Part shown: piece after piece, positions 17,934 to 28,233 of the stretch
How the letters are laid out: each line of letters opens with the position of its first letter
Numbering within the stretch: the first letter of the stretch is position 1
From: an uncultured bacterium
Lineage (GTDB): Bacteria; Fermentibacterota; Fermentibacteria; Fermentibacterales; JCC-6
NCBI GenBank assembly: GCA_964607515.1
Contig: CAZSKU010000003.1
Span: 7,154 to 71,153 of the forward strand
Length of the DNA stretch: 64,000 bases
Reading direction: 5' to 3'
Made by a program: the position numbers and the translations under genes
Notes under the pieces: model-generated
The model's input: the letters and a program-made list of their open reading frames with translations, nothing else
The model's database searches: none
Told to the model about the DNA's origin: nothing

Positions 17934-18743
17934 CTAAAGCCGTTCCAGAAGCCTCTGCGGGTAGGTGACGACGGTATGCTCCGATTCCAGAGACCGCAGA
18001 AGCTCCATCAGAGCTTCCTCCTGACGGCTGGCAAGAAGCTCCTCCCCCGCCAGTTGAATCAGCTCCCCCTGGTTCGGCGGCGCCGCCAGGTTCCTCGTTT
18101 CCAGGAGTTCTACGATGTGAAATCCCGCGGCGGTCTCGACGACTCCGGAGACCTGCCCCGGTTCCAGGGAGCACACCGCCTCCATGAAAGTCGAACTGGT
18201 CATGCCCCGGCGGATCCACCCGAGCTGTCCCCCCTCCCGGGAGCTGGGACAGGAGGAGAAGTTCGCCGCCAGGGACTCGAAGGTTTCCCCGCCGGAGAGC
18301 CGGGAGAGAACGCTCGCAGCCAGCGTGGGACTGTCCAGAAGGATGTGTCTCACCCTGTACTCCCTGGTGTAGGTTTCACCCCAGATGTCCAGGTAGTTCT
18401 CCACCTCCAGCCTGGAAAGCTCTACCCCGTCCAGCACGTCGCCGATGTAGGCTTCTATGAGAACCCTGTCCACGGCTTCCGTCACGGCCTTCTCAACGTC
18501 GGGTCTCAAGGCGATTCCGGATGCCCTGGCCGCTGCCAGGACGAGGCGCTCCCGGACCCATGCGTCCAGTATCTGGGTGGCCTCGGATTCCGAGGCGATT
18601 CCCATGTAGCTCAGGGCTTCCTCGCCTCCGGCCTGCTCCAGGAGTTCCTCCCATGTCAGGACTTCCGAGTCCACCTGGGCCAGGACCTCCGCCGGGGCGG
18701 AGGCAGCCAGGGTCAGAAGAGCCAGCAGAGCAAAGGTCTTCAT
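17934..18743 (-). CDS. Periplasmic parvulin-like peptidyl-prolyl isomerase (start set at the internal ATG 'MKTFALLALL')
   Basis: Signal peptide, then 'REGGQLGWIRRGMTSSTFMEAVCSLEPGQVSGVVETAAGFHIV'. The ORF's upstream 70 codons have no signal-peptide logic. Confidence 0.75.
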   Translation of the reverse strand: MKTFALLALLTLAASAPAEVLAQVDSEVLTWEELLEQAGGEEALSYMGIASESEATQILDAWVRERLVLAAARASGIALRPDVEKAVTEAVDRVLIEAYIGDVLDGVELSRLEVENYLDIWGETYTREYRVRHILLDSPTLAASVLSRLSGGETFESLAANFSSCPSSREGGQLGWIRRGMTSSTFMEAVCSLEPGQVSGVVETAAGFHIVELLETRNLAAPPNQGELIQLAGEELLASRQEEALMELLRSLESEHTVVTYPQRLLERL

Positions 18744-18759
18744 GTTGTCATCCCATCCT

Positions 18760-20310
18760 TCATCGCCGGGACGAAGCGGCCCACGGGTCCACCCGCTCCA
18801 CCGCGGCAGTGTCGACGTCAACTTCCAGTTCCGCCCCCAGGCTGTCCACCAGGGCGGCGAAGAGGGAATCGAACCGGACCCGGAAGAGGTCGTCCTCCAC
18901 GGTACGGTAGATCGCAGAGAGGGGAAGGGTATCCGGCGGGGCCGCTTCCACAACCTGGAAGTACGCCGCCAGGCCTCCCCCGGTGATTACGGGTCCGCAG
19001 AAATCGCCGGGCTGCGCCTGGAAAATCCGCTCGCCGAGTTCCGGGCCGAAAGCCTCGACCGGCTGCAGGGGAGTGGGCACCGGGTCGCCGGCGGAGTCCG
19101 CCATGGTATGGAACTGGTGGAGGTCTTCGAACCCCCCGGCCCCTTCCAGGCCCGGCAGGAGATCCTCCTCCACGTAGCCGAGGAGCACGCTTCTCCGCTC
19201 CGGGAGGCAATACCTGTCATGGTTGGCGCTGTAGAACGCCCGCACTCCGGAGCTGTCGGGAAATGCTGGACGGACCGCCCGTTCCCTGACCAGGGCTTCG
19301 ATCCTGGCGTAGTCCCCCACCCCGTCGGGAGCTGAAGCCCCTCGACTTCTGGCCAGGTCGGCCATGGCCATGGTTCTGGATGCGGACATCACCATGAACC
19401 AGACCGCCGAAGCCGTGTCGGCCGGCCCGCTCAGGGGGGTGAAGGAGGCCAGTTCTCCGGGGACGCTGTCCGGGAACGAGGACCGCCTGACGTCGGTCAG
19501 GAGTTTCCGGAGGAAACCGGGGCTCAGGGAACCTCCCTCCCATGACGCCACGGGCTCCCCGTCCTCCGGATAATCCCGCAGGGAATTCCCCAGAAAGGCG
19601 TTCACCGCCGGAGCGGACAGCGAAACCCCCGCGGCCCGTTCCAGTTCCCAGCCGAAAAGCGACATGGATGCGTTGTAATCGGGTTCGGCGGTGATTCCGG
19701 TCTCTCGGGCCATACCCACCACCCAGGCCCCGTACAGAGGAATCACCGCAGCCGAATCAAGGGAGAGCAGCGGAACCAGCCCCGCCGGAAACTGCCATAC
19801 AGGTCCTGACATGAGCCTGAAGCTGGTTCCGGAACCCATGCTCCACGGGGCCACCAGGGTGCCGCCGGGGTCGGACGGGCCCTGGGAGTTCCATCGGGCG
19901 GCGGTCTCCGAGGCGGTGGCGCTGTCCGGCAGAAGGGCCACTGTCAGCAGGTATACCGAGGAATCGAGACCCGCCAGCACCTCCTGCGGGTCGAACTCCA
20001 CCGCCATGCTTCTCACGAGGGAATCCGAGAGCCACGAGTCCGAGTATATCTCCACCCAGAAGCTCTCGTCAGCCGCGGGGGACATTTCCGAGGCTTCGTC
20101 CAGGAGCCTCTTGGTGATGATGCTCTGAACCAGGGCCATCCGGCCTCCCGGTTCCAGGACCGCCACCTGGCGGTCGGGGGGAAGCCCCTGAAAAGCCTCG
20201 AGAAAATCGTCCACGGTCACCGGTTCACCGGCCACTGTAGCCAGAGTGTCCCCGGAACCGCCGCAGGACAACGTGAGGGCGAAAGCGGCGATGAGTGCGT
20301 ACCTAGCCAA
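18760..20310 (-). CDS. Periplasmic lipoprotein of the SurA-N-like/chaperone type (TTG start inferred)
   Basis: Lipobox 'FALTLSCGGSG'. GGAAGGAAGG lies 5 nt before the TTG at 20310, overlapping the mfd stop. The long ORF upstream would put ~85 aa in front of the signal peptide. Confidence 0.5.
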   Translation of the reverse strand: MARYALIAAFALTLSCGGSGDTLATVAGEPVTVDDFLEAFQGLPPDRQVAVLEPGGRMALVQSIITKRLLDEASEMSPAADESFWVEIYSDSWLSDSLVRSMAVEFDPQEVLAGLDSSVYLLTVALLPDSATASETAARWNSQGPSDPGGTLVAPWSMGSGTSFRLMSGPVWQFPAGLVPLLSLDSAAVIPLYGAWVVGMARETGITAEPDYNASMSLFGWELERAAGVSLSAPAVNAFLGNSLRDYPEDGEPVASWEGGSLSPGFLRKLLTDVRRSSFPDSVPGELASFTPLSGPADTASAVWFMVMSASRTMAMADLARSRGASAPDGVGDYARIEALVRERAVRPAFPDSSGVRAFYSANHDRYCLPERRSVLLGYVEEDLLPGLEGAGGFEDLHQFHTMADSAGDPVPTPLQPVEAFGPELGERIFQAQPGDFCGPVITGGGLAAYFQVVEAAPPDTLPLSAIYRTVEDDLFRVRFDSLFAALVDSLGAELEVDVDTAAVERVDPWAASSRR

Positions 20311-23300
20311 GAGCGCCTTCCTTCCCGGATTTTGAAGCCGAACAACCTTTGAATATACGCAAAACGTTGAGGAGCGTCTCTTTCTCGCCCTGGTGAAAGG
20401 TTTCCCGGAACCTCCTGTGCAGGACGAGCCTTCCGGTGGATTCCGTGGAGGCGGTCCATCCTGGGCCCGTTTTCTCCAGCGCCCTGTCCTTCCTGGGCGC
20501 CGAACCGGCGTGGAAGACGAGTCTGACGGATCCGCCGGAAACCACAACCTCCTCCAGCCCCGCCTGTCGGGCAAGCAGGTGAATCCTGGACCGGTCCGCC
20601 ACTCCTGTGACAGGTTCCGGCACCTCCCCGAACCGGTCCTGAATGTAGCTCAACCACTCCCGGATCATCTCCTCGCCGGAGGCGCGCCACACCCAGCGGT
20701 AGAGGTTCACCCTTTCAGACGTGTCCGGGGCGTACTCCTCCGGGATGAAAGCCTCTCCGGGAATCTCCACCCTCACCGTCCGGACCTCCTCGGATTCCTC
20801 CCCCCGCAGGGATCTGACCTCCCGGGCCAGGAGTTCCTCGAACATCCCGTATCCCACCGCATCCACGTGGCCGTGCTGTCCCGAACCCAGGAGCTCGCCC
20901 CCGCCCCTTATTTCCAGGTCCCTCATGGCCACGTGCCAGCCGGAGCCCAGCTGGGTGTACCTCTGCACCGCCTCCAGTCTTCCCCTGCTCTCGGGCTTCA
21001 GCCTGGCCCTCCCTTCGGGGGTTATCAGGTAGCAGTAGGCCTGGTGATGGCTTCTCCCCACCCTTCCCCTGAGCTGGTACAGATCCGCCAGACCGAAGGC
21101 ATGGGCGTTGTCAATGAAGATCGTGTTAACCCTGGGCAGGTCCAGACCCGACTCGATGATGGAGGTGCACAGCAACACCCTGTACCTACCCTCGATAAAG
21201 GAGTGCATCACATCCTCCAGCATTGCCGGGGGCATCTGGCCGTGCCCCGTGACCACGTCCAGATCAAGGATTTTCTCCAGCCTATCCCTCACCCGGTCCA
21301 GGGTCTGAACCCGGTTGTGCACGAAGAAGGCCTGGCCGTCCCGCTCCAGCTCCCGGTCCACGGCCCGGCGTATAACCGCCTCATCCCACGGGATGATCTG
21401 GGTCTGGATGGGATACCTGTCCCTGGGCGGCGTTGTTATCAGGCTGATGTTCCTGAAGCCGGAAAGGGACATGTGCAGGGTTCTGGGTATCGGGGTTGCG
21501 GTCATGGAGAGGGTGTCCACGGTGGAGCGTATCTCCCGGAGGTACTCCTTCTGCCTGACCCCGAACCGGTGCTCCTCGTCCACTATGAGTAGCCCGAGAT
21601 CATTGAATCTCACGTCCTTCTGAAGGAGCCGGTGGGTCCCGACCACTATTCCCACCCGGCCCTCCGCCAGCCCCCTGAGCACTGTCCTCTGTTCGGGCGG
21701 AGTCTGAAACCTGCTTAGAAGACCGACGGTGAGGGGGAATTCGGCGGTTCTGTCCCTGAAGGTGTTGAAGTGCTGCTCCGCCAGGATGGTGGTGGGCACC
21801 AGCACCGCCACCTGCCTGCCGGTCTCCGCCACCCTGAAGGCGGCCCGGACAGCCACCTCGGTCTTCCCGAAACCCACGTCCCCGCATACCAGCCTGTCCA
21901 TGGGGCTGGGCCGGTCAAAGTCCGACAGAACCGAGTCTATGGCCTTCCTCTGGTCGTCGGTCTCGTCGTAGGGAAAACTCTCCACCAGCGCCTGCATGTG
22001 CCTGCCCGGAGGGGGGAGTACCGGTCTTGTCCTGGCTTTCCTCTCGGCGTAGAGCATCGCCAGCCTTCCGGCTATCTCGCCGGCCTTCCTCCTGGCCCGT
22101 CCGAGCCTTCCCTCCCAGAGGGTTCCACCGATCCTGTCCAGACCGGGCTGGGCTCCCCCGGGGGACAGGTACTTCTTCACCTGGCCGATTTCGTGAAGAG
22201 GGACCAGGAGTTTGTCGCCCCCCTCGTACTCCATCTCAAGACAGTCCCAGGAGCCGTCGGAGGTGATGATTCGCCGGATGCCCAGAAACCTCCCTATCCC
22301 GTGGGCCTCGTGGACCACGAAACACCCCGGGGTGAACTCGTCCCAGTCAGACACAGTCTGTCCGCCCCGGAACTTCCTCACCCTCTCCGGCCTCCGGCGC
22401 CTGCTCAGAAGCCCCCTTTCCACAAGAAAGGCCAGGGGGCCTTCCGGGGTGTCGGAGGCGATGAAGCCCTCTGAAAGCGAGGCCACCGATATGTCCACGG
22501 CGCCTCTCACCTCCTCGGGAAGCAGTTCCGCGATAGTCTCGGATTCCGCCCTGGTGTCGCAGGCGATGAATATCCGATACCCTTCCGACAACCAGACCCT
22601 GAACTGCCTGACCATCTCCCGGGTATGCCCGGCGAAGCCCGAGACCGGTGCGGTGGGCATGGAGAAGTCGGTGTCATCGCTGATTTCCGGAAGGTGCACC
22701 AGGATCTGCCCGGCCTTCTTCATGCCCAGGCAGAGTTCGTCCCATCCTGCGTAGAGGTCCTCCGGGGCGAAGGGCACACCCTGGGGAAAGGATGACCTGC
22801 GGGCTTCCAGGGAGGCTTCCACCGAAGCCTGCAGACGGTCGGGCTCCAGCAGGACCAGGGTGCCTATGGCCGGAAGGTAGTCCAGGATGGTGCCGGTCTC
22901 CCGGAAGAAGAGCGGCGTGTAATGCTCGATCCCGGGAAAGTCGCACGACCCCGAGAGCTGCTCCTCCAGCGGGTGCTCCGGGGGCAGTGCGTCCAGTGCC
23001 CGGTTCCAGTGGTCCGGGGTGAGGAACAGCTCCCGGGCGGGTATCAGGACCACTTCCCTCAGGCTCCTGACACTTCGCTGCGACTGGGGGTCGAAAAGCC
23101 TCAGGGATTCCACCTGGTCGTCCCAGAACTCGACTCTCACAGGGTTGGAGTGGCCGTATGACCCCACGTCCACCACTCCTCCCCGCCGGGACCATCTGCC
23201 CTGTTCGAAAACCCCGGTCTCCCTCCTGAACCCCGCCGCCAGGAGCCAGTCCCCGAGGGTGTCCGGCGCCAGCCTCATACCCTCGTACACCTTCAGAAAC

Positions 23301-23713
23301 GGGAATTCCCCGGGAGGGGGCATCCTCTTGATCAGGGCCGGCGCGGACGCCACCACCAGGGTTTCGCTGTCCCCCTTCAGCAGCCCCGCCATGCACTCGA
23401 TCCTGTCGGCCACCACCCCCTGGTGAGCCTCCTCACCGTGGAAAGGCAGGGTTTCGTGGGATGGGAAGTGGAGCACCGGCCCCGGCAGAAGGGCCGCCAG
23501 ATCATCCCGGATGCTCTCGGCTTCCCTGGCTCCAGGGGCGATGACCATCGTGGGACCCGCCAGCCGGTGGGCCGCCGCCACGGCCAGGGGAAGGGCGGCA
23601 CCCCCCAGCCCACCCATGGATACCACGTCTCCGGCACCCGCGGCGAGCCGCTGGAGAAGGGGGGCGAAAACTCCGTCCCAGAATGCTTCGTCCCGGATCA
23701 GTGATTCAGCCAC
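20303..23713 (-). CDS. mfd: Transcription-repair coupling factor Mfd
   Basis: 1136 aa. UvrB-homology N-terminus, RNAP-interacting domain, superfamily-2 translocase motifs ('GDVGFGKTEVA', 'DEEHRFGV', 'QLRGRVGR'). Confidence 0.95.
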   Translation of the reverse strand: MAESLIRDEAFWDGVFAPLLQRLAAGAGDVVSMGGLGGAALPLAVAAAHRLAGPTMVIAPGAREAESIRDDLAALLPGPVLHFPSHETLPFHGEEAHQGVVADRIECMAGLLKGDSETLVVASAPALIKRMPPPGEFPFLKVYEGMRLAPDTLGDWLLAAGFRRETGVFEQGRWSRRGGVVDVGSYGHSNPVRVEFWDDQVESLRLFDPQSQRSVRSLREVVLIPARELFLTPDHWNRALDALPPEHPLEEQLSGSCDFPGIEHYTPLFFRETGTILDYLPAIGTLVLLEPDRLQASVEASLEARRSSFPQGVPFAPEDLYAGWDELCLGMKKAGQILVHLPEISDDTDFSMPTAPVSGFAGHTREMVRQFRVWLSEGYRIFIACDTRAESETIAELLPEEVRGAVDISVASLSEGFIASDTPEGPLAFLVERGLLSRRRRPERVRKFRGGQTVSDWDEFTPGCFVVHEAHGIGRFLGIRRIITSDGSWDCLEMEYEGGDKLLVPLHEIGQVKKYLSPGGAQPGLDRIGGTLWEGRLGRARRKAGEIAGRLAMLYAERKARTRPVLPPPGRHMQALVESFPYDETDDQRKAIDSVLSDFDRPSPMDRLVCGDVGFGKTEVAVRAAFRVAETGRQVAVLVPTTILAEQHFNTFRDRTAEFPLTVGLLSRFQTPPEQRTVLRGLAEGRVGIVVGTHRLLQKDVRFNDLGLLIVDEEHRFGVRQKEYLREIRSTVDTLSMTATPIPRTLHMSLSGFRNISLITTPPRDRYPIQTQIIPWDEAVIRRAVDRELERDGQAFFVHNRVQTLDRVRDRLEKILDLDVVTGHGQMPPAMLEDVMHSFIEGRYRVLLCTSIIESGLDLPRVNTIFIDNAHAFGLADLYQLRGRVGRSHHQAYCYLITPEGRARLKPESRGRLEAVQRYTQLGSGWHVAMRDLEIRGGGELLGSGQHGHVDAVGYGMFEELLAREVRSLRGEESEEVRTVRVEIPGEAFIPEEYAPDTSERVNLYRWVWRASGEEMIREWLSYIQDRFGEVPEPVTGVADRSRIHLLARQAGLEEVVVSGGSVRLVFHAGSAPRKDRALEKTGPGWTASTESTGRLVLHRRFRETFHQGEKETLLNVLRIFKGCSASKSGKEGALG

Positions 23714-24875
23714 GCCCGAGCAGTTTCTTCAAAAAGCCTACAATGCCCTTGCCCGCTTTGCCATGGCCGCCGTCTTCCAGCCGGTCGAGAGCTTGCAGAA
23801 TGGCGGACGCGTCCACGGAGCCCGCCACCATTCCCTTGATGTACCGGATCTTCTCCTGCTCGCCGGGTTCGGTCTTGAACAGGTTTCTGGAAAGCTTCAG
23901 GGCGGAACCCTCGAGACTCCCCCCGGTGTGGAAGAGGGGGATCCCCGCCGCGGCGCATGCGTCCCGGCGGCGGCGGTCCGGTTCGCCGCCGCAGAGCACG
24001 ACCGCCGGAGGACGGGATCCTCCCGACAGCGCCGACACGATTACGGAGTCCATGACCTCCGGCCGGGAACTGCTTACCAGAAGCACCTTCCCGGGGTCGC
24101 GGTCCATCCTCGAGAGCACCTGATCGGCGGAATCAAAGGCTGTGATGAAACCGCTTCCGGAGGCTCCGAGAGGGACCGAGGACTCGAACATCGGAAAGGC
24201 GCCGATCTCCCGGATGATCGTGGAGACCGAGGGTTGCGCGATCCTCTGGTCGAAGGGAAGGATTCCGAACACCGGAACTCCGTTCTCCCGGAACCACATC
24301 CTCAGCACAGGCTCCACGGCTTCCATCTTGGAGGGCAGAACCCTGTTTATCACCACTCCCAGAACAGGGACCCGGCGGGACTCGAACACCGACCGGCAGA
24401 GGCAGAAGCTGTCTATGGTGCTTCCCACGCCGCCGTCCAGCACCAGGATGGCGGGAATCCCCAGCAGGGATGCCACATCGGCGTTTCCCAGCCGGAAGAC
24501 CGAACCCACTCCGGGGTGTCCCGTTCCCTCCACCAGCACCAGCCCGCTCCCCGTGGAGAACTTCCGGAAGGACCGCTTCACCGATTCTCCAAGCCCCCTG
24601 GGTTCGCCGGTCCGCACGAAACGCTCCGCGGCGCCCCGGGCGGCCAGCACCGGGGTGGAATCCTCCGGAAAGTCCGGCAGCCCCAGAGCCCTGGAGATGA
24701 ACCACGAGTCCTGGCCCACCGATTCGCCGTCCACAACGGTTATCTTCTGACCCAGGGGTTTGAAGAAGGAAACCCCCCCGGGAACCATATCCTGAAGCAG
24801 CCCCCCAAGGCCCAGACACAGGGTCGTCTTTCCGGCGTCCTTGCCGGAACCTGCGATGTAAACCCCCCTGGTCAC
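23706..24875 (-). CDS. DRTGG-domain protein with BioD/CobQ-like P-loop N-terminal domain (phosphotransacetylase-N-terminal-like family)
   Basis: 'IAGSGKDAGKTTLCLGL' P-loop, central DRTGG-like region, overall COG0857-type architecture. Confidence 0.65.
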   Translation of the reverse strand: MTRGVYIAGSGKDAGKTTLCLGLGGLLQDMVPGGVSFFKPLGQKITVVDGESVGQDSWFISRALGLPDFPEDSTPVLAARGAAERFVRTGEPRGLGESVKRSFRKFSTGSGLVLVEGTGHPGVGSVFRLGNADVASLLGIPAILVLDGGVGSTIDSFCLCRSVFESRRVPVLGVVINRVLPSKMEAVEPVLRMWFRENGVPVFGILPFDQRIAQPSVSTIIREIGAFPMFESSVPLGASGSGFITAFDSADQVLSRMDRDPGKVLLVSSSRPEVMDSVIVSALSGGSRPPAVVLCGGEPDRRRRDACAAAGIPLFHTGGSLEGSALKLSRNLFKTEPGEQEKIRYIKGMVAGSVDASAILQALDRLEDGGHGKAGKGIVGFLKKLLGRG

Positions 24876-26275
24876 GAATCCTCCACCGCCGGAGGTACGG
24901 GCGGGGACTGGGAAGGAACCGGGGTAGGGGAACCGTTCAGCATCGTCCAGGCTGCCTCAAGTACGGGAAGCTGTTCCTGGAATGCCGCCAGGTCGTCACC
25001 TTCCAGGGGGTCCGAAGGGGGAACGATTTCTTCCGCCGGGTTCACGTGGCTTCCGTTCCTCAGCATCTCGAAATGCACATGGGGCCCGGTGGACAGCCCA
25101 GTGGACCCGACGTATCCGATTATCTCGCCCTGGCGGACATGGGTTCCCACGGCCTGCCCCGAGGCGAAGCCGTTCAGATGCCCGTAGGCCGTTTCGTAGC
25201 CGTTGGCGTGCCTGATTCTGACGAAGTTTCCGTAGCCTCCCTGCCACTGCCTGGTGGTTATCACCCCGTCTCCCACCGCGTAGATCTCGGTTCCCAGCGG
25301 GGCCGCGTAATCTATTCCCCGGTGGGCTCTGGTGTATCCCAGAACCGGGTGAAGCCTGGCGCTGGAGTACGGCGAACTAACCCTTCCGTAGGGTACCGGC
25401 ATCTTCAGGAACATGGTGCGCAGGGAAGCCCCGTCCCGGTGGAAGTGGTCGAGGTATGCGGTTTCGGTTCCCTCCGGGGTCACATAGAAAGGCAGCGCCT
25501 CCACCAGGCCTCCTCCGGCGAACCTGTACTTGGCGGCGAGGATCCTCAGGAACCCCGACTCGCCGTCCTCTGGATACCTCGTTTCCTCGATGAGGAGCCA
25601 CAGGCTGTCACCGGTGCGCACGTCGTAGTAGAAGTCGATGTCGTAGCAGAAGAGCCGGTCCGTCAGTTCGTGCTGAAGCTCGGCCACGTAACCGACGGCT
25701 CTGGAGGTGTCCCGGGAGCTTAGCAGCATGCCGTTGGGCGTCAGGTCGGAGGGAATAGCCGACTCCCAGAGGGCCCCCCAGACAGTGCTGGTGACCCGGC
25801 ACTGAACCGCCCGGGTGCGGATCCAGCTTTCCTGGGGCGAGAACTCCCAGAGGCTCGGAGCCCCGTCGGCCCAGCAGACCCTGAAGAATCCCCTTCGGTT
25901 GCGGGGGTAGGCCCTCAGTTCCGCCAGCCGGTCCCGGTGGTACACAGCCACGATGGAATCACCGGCCTGCTGGACGTTCCAGCCCAGGCTGTCCACCAGG
26001 AGGACGCAGGCCTGGCCGTAGCAGTTCCCCGAGAGTCCGGCGTCCCGAAGGGCGCCGCCGAGAAAGCCGTCACCCACCACTCCGACCATGGTGTCCACCG
26101 TGTCCGCCATTACCGCCATGGCGTGCCCCCGGTGGTAGTTCAGCGCCGCCATATCCCTGTGAAAGGGCCAGGACGCCCTCTCTCCCCTGCCGTATCCGGG
26201 AATTGACAGCCACGTAATGAGGCCCGCCAGAACGATGATGGTCACCGCCGCGAAGTTGCGTCTGCTTCTCTGCAA
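24872..26275 (-). CDS. M23-family peptidoglycan DD-metalloendopeptidase
   Basis: 'HRGIDYAAPLGTEIYAVGDGVI...YGHL...GEIIGYVGSTGLSTGPHVHFE' is the LytM/M23 signature. N-terminal signal/TM. Confidence 0.85.
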   Translation of the reverse strand: MQRSRRNFAAVTIIVLAGLITWLSIPGYGRGERASWPFHRDMAALNYHRGHAMAVMADTVDTMVGVVGDGFLGGALRDAGLSGNCYGQACVLLVDSLGWNVQQAGDSIVAVYHRDRLAELRAYPRNRRGFFRVCWADGAPSLWEFSPQESWIRTRAVQCRVTSTVWGALWESAIPSDLTPNGMLLSSRDTSRAVGYVAELQHELTDRLFCYDIDFYYDVRTGDSLWLLIEETRYPEDGESGFLRILAAKYRFAGGGLVEALPFYVTPEGTETAYLDHFHRDGASLRTMFLKMPVPYGRVSSPYSSARLHPVLGYTRAHRGIDYAAPLGTEIYAVGDGVITTRQWQGGYGNFVRIRHANGYETAYGHLNGFASGQAVGTHVRQGEIIGYVGSTGLSTGPHVHFEMLRNGSHVNPAEEIVPPSDPLEGDDLAAFQEQLPVLEAAWTMLNGSPTPVPSQSPPVPPAVEDS

Positions 26276-26287
26276 AAAAACCTTCCG

Positions 26288-26908
26288 TCAGCTTCCGCCG
26301 GAGAAGAGCCTTTCCCCGTAGTCGCCCATGCCCGGGCGGATGAACCAGTTCTCGTCCAGTTCCCGGTCAACGTTTGCGGTGATGAGGGTCAGTTCCTGAA
26401 AATCCCTGAGCCTGGCGATACCCTCGGGGGCCGCTATGACCGTGACCAGGATGGCCGACTCGGCCTTCCTTTCCATGAGGTATTCCAGAACCTCCGAAGC
26501 GGTTCCTCCGGTGGCCAGCATAGGGTCCAGGATGATCACCGTCCTGCCGGAGACGTTGGGTATGAAATGGTACTGCCACTGGGCCCTGGCGGTGGTTTCG
26601 TCCCTTCTGAGCCCCGCGAAGGCCACCGGCGAGTCGGGCAGCAGGTCCATGAACGGCTGAAGAAGCCCCAGACCGGCCCTGAGAATGGGCAGCAGGATCG
26701 GGGGCCTTCTGATGACCTCGCCGTAGGTGAACTCGAGGGGGGTCTCCACCTCTACCGGCGCCGTCGGAAGGTTTCTGGTGGCCTCGACAGCCAGCAGGCA
26801 CGCCAGCCTCTGGGTGTAGGCCCGGAACCGGGAAGGGGGAAAATCCTTGCACCGCAACCTGGTGACCAGATCCCGGGCAATCGGATGTTCAAACTCTATA
26901 AGGTTCAT
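26288..26908 (-). CDS. upp: Uracil phosphoribosyltransferase
   Basis: Full-length UPRTase similarity, with the PRPP-binding block 'VIILDPMLATGGTASEVLEYL'. Confidence 0.9.
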   Translation of the reverse strand: MNLIEFEHPIARDLVTRLRCKDFPPSRFRAYTQRLACLLAVEATRNLPTAPVEVETPLEFTYGEVIRRPPILLPILRAGLGLLQPFMDLLPDSPVAFAGLRRDETTARAQWQYHFIPNVSGRTVIILDPMLATGGTASEVLEYLMERKAESAILVTVIAAPEGIARLRDFQELTLITANVDRELDENWFIRPGMGDYGERLFSGGS

Positions 26909-27000
26909 TTGACCGCCCTTCCCTGGGTTTGTTTGTTGACAAGATACACCGAACTGTTTACTGTCGCCAGATGCGGAGGCAACAGGGGAAAGGCGGTTCG

Positions 27001-28233
27001 ATGGAACTTCTTGCTGCGCTTGAGGAAAGAGGCCTGGTCTACCAGATGACCGGTGTGGGGGTTCTTGGGAAGTTTCTCGAGGACAAGCCCAGGGTTTTCT
27101 ACGCCGGATTCGACGCCACAGCGGAGAGTCTGCACCTGGGGCACCTTGTTCCCCTCATGGCCGCCGCCCACATGCAGCGGGCCGGCCACAGACCCCTCAT
27201 CCTGGTGGGCGGCGCCACGGCCCTGGTCGGCGACCCCTCCTTCCGGAACACCGAGCGGCCCCTGCTTTCCCAGGACGACGTGGAGCGCTACGCGGAAGCC
27301 CTGAGAACCCAGATGACCCGTTTCCTGGATTTCGGCCCCGGCGGTGCGGTGCTGCTGAACAACGCCCGCTGGCTGCTGGATCTGAACTACATCGACTTCC
27401 TTCGCCACGTGGGAAGGCATTTCAGCGTGAACAGGATGCTCACCGCGGACAGCGTGAAGTCCAGACTGGAGACCGGCCTGAGTTTCCTGGAATTCAACTA
27501 CATGCTGCTGCAGAGCTACGACTTCCTGCACCTCTTCAGGACGTGGAACTGCGAACTGCAGCTGGGCGGGGCCGACCAGTGGGGAAACATCGTGGCGGGG
27601 GCCGACCTGGTCCGCCGGGTGGAGGGGGTAGAGGTTCACGGCATCACGTGCCCCCTGGTGACCACCACGAGCGGTGAAAAGATGAGCAAGTCCCAGCCGG
27701 GAGGCGCCGTATGGCTGGACCCCGAACTCACGAGCCCCTACCGGTACTACCAGTTCTGGATAAACACCGACGACCGCGACCTGGGCAGATTCCTGAGGCT
27801 CTACACATTCCTGCCCATGGAGGCCATCCTGGAGTTGGAGTCGGACACTGGAGCGGGGCTACGGCGGGGAAAGGAGGTTCTGGCCCTGGAGGCCACCTCC
27901 ATCGCCCACGGCCGGCGGGAAGCCGAAGCCGCGCGGGATGCCAGCAGGGCCCTTTTCCTTGGGGAGGGGGGCCTGGAGGGCGCGCCGACGGTTGAGATTT
28001 CCGGTGAGCGCGTTTTCCGGGGCATGACACTGGTGGACCTGTTCGTGGAATCCGGCCTCTGCCCCTCCAGGGGGGAGGTCCGGCGGCTGGCGGAACAGGG
28101 GGGGCTCTACGCCGGCGGGGAAAGGGTCACGAACCCCATGGAGCCCGTGACCCTTGAATCACTGGCCGGCGGAGGCCTTCTGCTGAGAGCCGGCAAGAAA
28201 CGCTACTGCAGGGCGGTTCTGGCGGGAAACTAA
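27001..28233 (+). CDS. tyrS: Tyrosine--tRNA ligase (start set at 'MELLAALEERGLVYQ')
   Basis: HIGH motif 'HLGHLVPL', KMSKS motif 'GEKMSKS', C-terminal S4-like domain. The ORF's first 24 codons are a likely extension artefact. Confidence 0.9.
   Translation: MELLAALEERGLVYQMTGVGVLGKFLEDKPRVFYAGFDATAESLHLGHLVPLMAAAHMQRAGHRPLILVGGATALVGDPSFRNTERPLLSQDDVERYAEALRTQMTRFLDFGPGGAVLLNNARWLLDLNYIDFLRHVGRHFSVNRMLTADSVKSRLETGLSFLEFNYMLLQSYDFLHLFRTWNCELQLGGADQWGNIVAGADLVRRVEGVEVHGITCPLVTTTSGEKMSKSQPGGAVWLDPELTSPYRYYQFWINTDDRDLGRFLRLYTFLPMEAILELESDTGAGLRRGKEVLALEATSIAHGRREAEAARDASRALFLGEGGLEGAPTVEISGERVFRGMTLVDLFVESGLCPSRGEVRRLAEQGGLYAGGERVTNPMEPVTLESLAGGGLLLRAGKKRYCRAVLAGN

Noticed and set aside
20393-21592. 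399-aa plus-strand ORF inside mfd, and similar long ORFs (22212..22754, 23511..25187, 16275..17102, 12409..13620, 3480..4370, 53235..54446, 59583..60770, 40083..41459)
   Set aside because: All are antisense or out-of-frame to genes with unambiguous family signatures. They are typical GC-rich shadow ORFs, with no RBS/start logic and biased R/G/P/H composition.
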